Assembly: GCA_964106645.2 (NCBI GenBank)
Contig: OZ067043.1
Source of the DNA: Podarcis pityusensis
Lineage: Eukaryota
Strand: one strand, 5' to 3'
DNA length: 64,000 nucleotides
In this document: positions 60,260 to 64,000 of the stretch, in pieces
How the letters are laid out: every line of letters begins with the position of its first letter
How positions within the stretch are numbered: the stretch's first letter is position 1
Notes under the pieces: model-generated
Databases searched by the model: none
The model's input: only the letters and a program-made list of their open reading frames with translations
What the model was told of the DNA's origin: nothing
Made by a program: the position numbers and the translations under genes

Positions 60260-62203
60260 TCCACCACACATCCAAGAACAGATCCTCACCAACACACCAA
60301 CAGAACCTCGACCAGGAACTTTCTATCTTCTACCTAAAATACACAAACCAGGAAATCCAGGACGCCCCATCATTTCAGGTATTGGCACTATTACAGTGGG
60401 TGTCTCCGGTTATATGGACTCTGTTCTGAAACCATATGCCATCAGTGCTCCCAGCTATGTACGTGACACCACAGATTTTCTGAGGAAAATACAATCTTTA
60501 AATAATCTTCCCAACAACACTATACTAGCTACTATGGATGTGGAATCTCTGTATACCAACATCCCACACAACGATGGTTTACAAGCTATAAGGAACACCA
60601 TTTCAGATAAAACCACAGCGGACCTTGCCACCAAACTCTGCCAATTTGTCCTTACCCACAACAACTTCAAATTCGGTGATGACCTGTTCCTTCAGATCAG
60701 CGGCACAGCAATGGGCACCCGCATGGCCCCACAGTATGCCAACATCTTCATGGCAGATTTAGAACAACGTTTCCTAAACTCCTACCCACTCAAACCTCTC
60801 TTGTATCTGCGATACATTGACGATATTTTTATCATCTGGACACATGGTCAACAGACCCTGGACACCTTTCACCAGAAATTTAATGATTTTCACCCCACAA
60901 TCAACCTTACAATGAATCAATCTATGCAAGAAATACATTTTTTGGACACTACTATAAAAATACAGGATGGGCGCATGGACACCACCTTATACCGTAAACC
61001 AACTGACCGACAAACATATCTACATGCCTCTAGCTACCATCCCAAACATACCAAACAGTCCATTGTATATAGCCAGGCACTACGTTACAGCCGCATCTGT
61101 TCCAATTCTACAGACAGAGACTCTCACCTAAGAGATCTACAGCAAACCTTTTCAGAACTAAAATACCCAGCAGATGAAGTTAGACAAGAGATCAACAGAG
61201 CCAGACTTATACCCAGAGAGAACTTGCTGCAAGACAGACCCAAAAAAGAAAATAACAGAACACCTCTAGTCATCACATACAGCTCCCAAGTTAAAACTGT
61301 ACAACGCATCATCAGAGATCTACAACCTCTCCTGGACAATGACAGTTCTCTTTCTCAAGCTCTGGGAGGAAGACCTTTCATTGCCTACAGACAGCCACCC
61401 AATCTTAAACAACTCCTAACCCACAATAATACTACAACCAGACTTAACACGGACACTGGCACCAGAGCCTGCAATAAACCCAGATGCCAACTTTGCTGCC
61501 ACATACACCCGGACAACACCATTACTGGCCCCAACAACATCACACATACCATCTCGGGACTATTCAATTGCTCATCATCTAACATTGTGTATGGCATCAA
61601 ATGCCAACAGTGTCCTTCAGCTCTCTATATTGGACAAACAGGCCAAACCTTACGCCAAAGAATAAATGGACATAAATCTGACATCAAGAATCACAAAACA
61701 GAGAAACCAGTAGGAGAACACTTTAATCTCCCAGGACATTCTATACAAGATCTCAAAGTAGCTGTTTTACTACAAAGGAATTTCAGAAATAGACTGGAAA
61801 GAGAAGCTGCTGAATTGCAACTCATTACCAAACTTAAAACCATGGAGAAACCTGGTTTGAACAAAGACATTGGATTCTTATCCCATTATACATGACTAAG
61901 CCATTTCTCACCTTCTCACCCCTTGCCTTTTCCTGTAAGACCCATTACAGTCGTTAAGAGTCGTCAGCAGGCTCATCCCAGCTATCTGCCAATCTCCCAT
62001 TCCCACCACCCTTCTGAGTAATACCCCTCCCCACCTTCTCACTATATAGAAGGATCTGGCAACTTCTGTTTCAGTGTATCTGAAGAAGTGTGCTTGCACA
62101 CGAAAGCTCATACCAAGAACTAACTTAGTTGGTCTTAAAGGTGCTACTGGAAGGATTTTTTTTATTTTGATTATGGCAGACCAACACGGCTACCTATCTG
62201 TAA
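60260..62203 (+). mobile_element. Penelope-like retroelement (Neptune-type), 5'-truncated: RT, Cys linker, GIY-YIG endonuclease and 3' pLTR
   Basis: Open frame from about 60260 (FYLLPKIHKPGNPGRPII) to 61895: MDVESLYTNI, GTAMG, YIDD, CNKPRCQLC, VYGIKC..C..LYIGQT..L..R..H. Confidence 0.93.
62076..62113 (+). ncRNA. Minimal type-I hammerhead ribozyme motif in the Penelope pLTR
   Basis: GTAT-CTGAAGA-A-GTGTGC(TT)GCACAC-GAAA-G-CTC^ATAC: stem I GTAT/ATAC, core CUGANGA/GAAA, stem II hairpin, palindromic AGCT for stem III. Confidence 0.75.
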
Positions 62204-62454
62204 TTTTGTGATGTGAGGAAGAGTATGTCCCTTTGTCTCGCTCCAAATCTCTGGCCAATCTGTTTCAACAGAACACCCCAAATTCAATAGAACACATTTC
62301 CTAGCTCTACAATATCCTTTTTCTTTTTTGAGATATGGCAACCAAAACTGTGGATTACAGAAAGTTCTGTTCAGACTGCAAAGAAAACTTCCCATGTGGA
62401 GAAGGGCTAGAACAATCCTATGGATGGCAAGCATAGAAAGCATTGTTCACTTAC

Positions 62455-62577
62455 AGAAGCGTCTCTCCCCTCAGTTCCTCACATTCTTCATCTAGTTCCT
62501 CAGTGCCTGATTCCTCTTTGAGTTCTTCCTCTACAGTCTTACTGATGTTGCTTCTGCACCGAAGTTCTGACTCCCTC
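62455..62577 (-). CDS. Putative internal coding exon of an unidentified gene (RESELRCRS...EELDEECEELRGETL)
   Basis: ttttttctcag| acceptor, CT|gtaagt donor, 123 nt, only the phase-2 frame is open, acidic. Confidence 0.62.
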
Positions 62578-63159
62578 CTGAGAAAAAAGACAGTGTGCAT
62601 CCTGCAGTGGTCAACTAACCCCAGAAAAAGAGGCTCACAGCTCAGCTAGCAATGAAGTACATTTCTAGTAATGCTGGATGAAACTTCAGAGAAATGGAGT
62701 CTATCTATCACTCAAGGAGCTTCTTTGGGCTCCCATCTTTGCAACAGCAGATTGACTCAGCCTAAAATATATTTGTCCTCCCAAGGAGGTGATTAAAGAA
62801 GACCGAGAGCCATTTTGGAGATGGGCCCTGATACAGAGATAGACTAATTGGCATGTCCCCTGGCACAAAGAACAGCTTCACTTTACATGGCAATACCCAG
62901 GCATACCGGTGTTTCTCTCATCAAATAAAGTGGAGTGTGACTGACAAGTGGCAGCCTCACAGCACCTGTGTACATGTGCTGGGAGCTCCCAGGTGTGTGT
63001 ATTTTAAAACATGGGCCTGTTTGCTGCAGAAACCAGCAATCCACTTGCAGCAAAATGCCTGCTGCACAGTGCATAGCCGAAACATATTATCTGGGAAACA
63101 AACCCTGGGTCTCAGTTCATAGTTTGATGTCTTCATCACTCAGATGTCTGCTCTCATTT

Positions 63160-63835
63160 AAAGAGGCCAGATTCTCCCTCCAGGAGGCAGAGATCACACT
63201 GCTTTCCCTTCTGTGTAGTGGCTTCTGTCTACAACATGTGAGGCCCTTTTTCATACACCTCCTCCACGAGAAGCCCAGAGGGCAGCAACACAAGAATGGG
63301 CCTTTTCTGCAGTGGCTCCCTGTTTGTAGAACGCGCTCCCCAGAGAGGCTTGCCTAGTGCCTACATTACATATCTTTAGGCACTAGGTGAAAACATTTGT
63401 CTACAACCAGGCATCCTACTGCCTTTTAAATGTGTTTGTTGGAGTGGGGGTTATTGGTTTTGTTTTGTACAGTCATACCTTGGGTTATAGACGCTTCAGG
63501 TTGCATTTTTTCGGGTTACGGACCCGCCGAAACCCAGAAGTACCGGAACGGGCTACCTACAGGTTTTGGGGGTCGCGCATGCGCAGAAGAGCTAAATTGC
63601 ACTTTGTGCATGTGCAGAAGCGCCAAACCGCAACCCGCACATGCGCAGAGTCACCACTGCAGGTTGCGAACGCTGTGGGTTGCAAACATGCATCCCGCAC
63701 GGATCACGTTCGCAACCCGAGCGTCCACTATACTTGTTTTATTACATATTTTGTGTTCACATTTTGCATTTTTATGTTGTGAACCGCCCTGTGATCTTCA
63801 GATGAAAAGTGTTACACAAAATTAATAAATAATAA
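63160..63835 (+). mobile_element. L2-like LINE 3' fragment with a Tc1/mariner MITE inserted
   Basis: gccttttctgcagtggctccctgtttg..gaac..ctccc motif, A-rich (AAT)n tail. Confidence 0.6.
63470..63730. mobile_element. Tc1/mariner-type MITE
   Basis: TA|cagtcataccttgggtt ... aacccgagcgtccacta|TA, CpG-rich interior. Confidence 0.7.
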
Positions 63836-63848
63836 TAATGCATCATAC

Positions 63849-63953
63849 TCGATTCTGGTTGTCCCTGCCATGCTCTGCTGGGAGAAGCTGGGAGATGCTG
63901 CATGCAGGAGAAAGTAATTGTCAGCAGAGTCTTCCTGGAGACTGTGGGGTTGT
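63849..63953 (-). CDS. Putative internal coding exon of an unidentified gene (QPHSLQED...MAGTTRI)
   Basis: ccttcccacag| acceptor, GA|gtatga donor, 105 nt, open in phase 2-2. Confidence 0.5.
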
Positions 63954-64000
63954 CTGTGGGAAGGAAATTATAAGATTACCACACTGGACATGCCAAGGAC

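Noticed and set aside
62455-63953. Assigning the upstream exons to ZBTB24 or TULP1 by synteny
   Set aside because: The peptides show no zinc-finger or Tubby motifs, so no gene symbol is given

Overview
Vertebrate genomic DNA, inferred to be a squamate lizard from its Sauria SINEs, BovB, tRNA-Lys/CR1 SINEs and Penelope element. The ORF track mostly misleads because the genes are spliced. By hand I reconstructed: (1) a complete 10-coding-exon SMPD2 (neutral sphingomyelinase 1) on + (1294-9008, 409 aa); (2) a complete, convergent MICAL1 on - (38226 to 11907, 23-24 coding exons, about 1181-1208 aa, one GC-AG intron), with a probable CpG-island promoter and non-coding exon 1 near 54.6-54.9 kb; (3) the probable last three coding exons of an unidentified - strand gene (63953 to 59709). 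The introns hold many transposable elements. Best leads: a near-intact Penelope-like element with a minimal hammerhead ribozyme at 62076-62113; a 130-bp near-perfect palindrome from the same family in a MICAL1 intron, folding back exactly at the ribozyme stem-II loop; a sense-oriented solo LTR (TATA, splice donor, polyA) 1.9 kb upstream of the first MICAL1 coding exon and split by a BovB; a triple-nested L2>hAT>CR1 insertion; and a possible truncated, de-repressed MICAL1 isoform. All calls are manual; no database searches were run.
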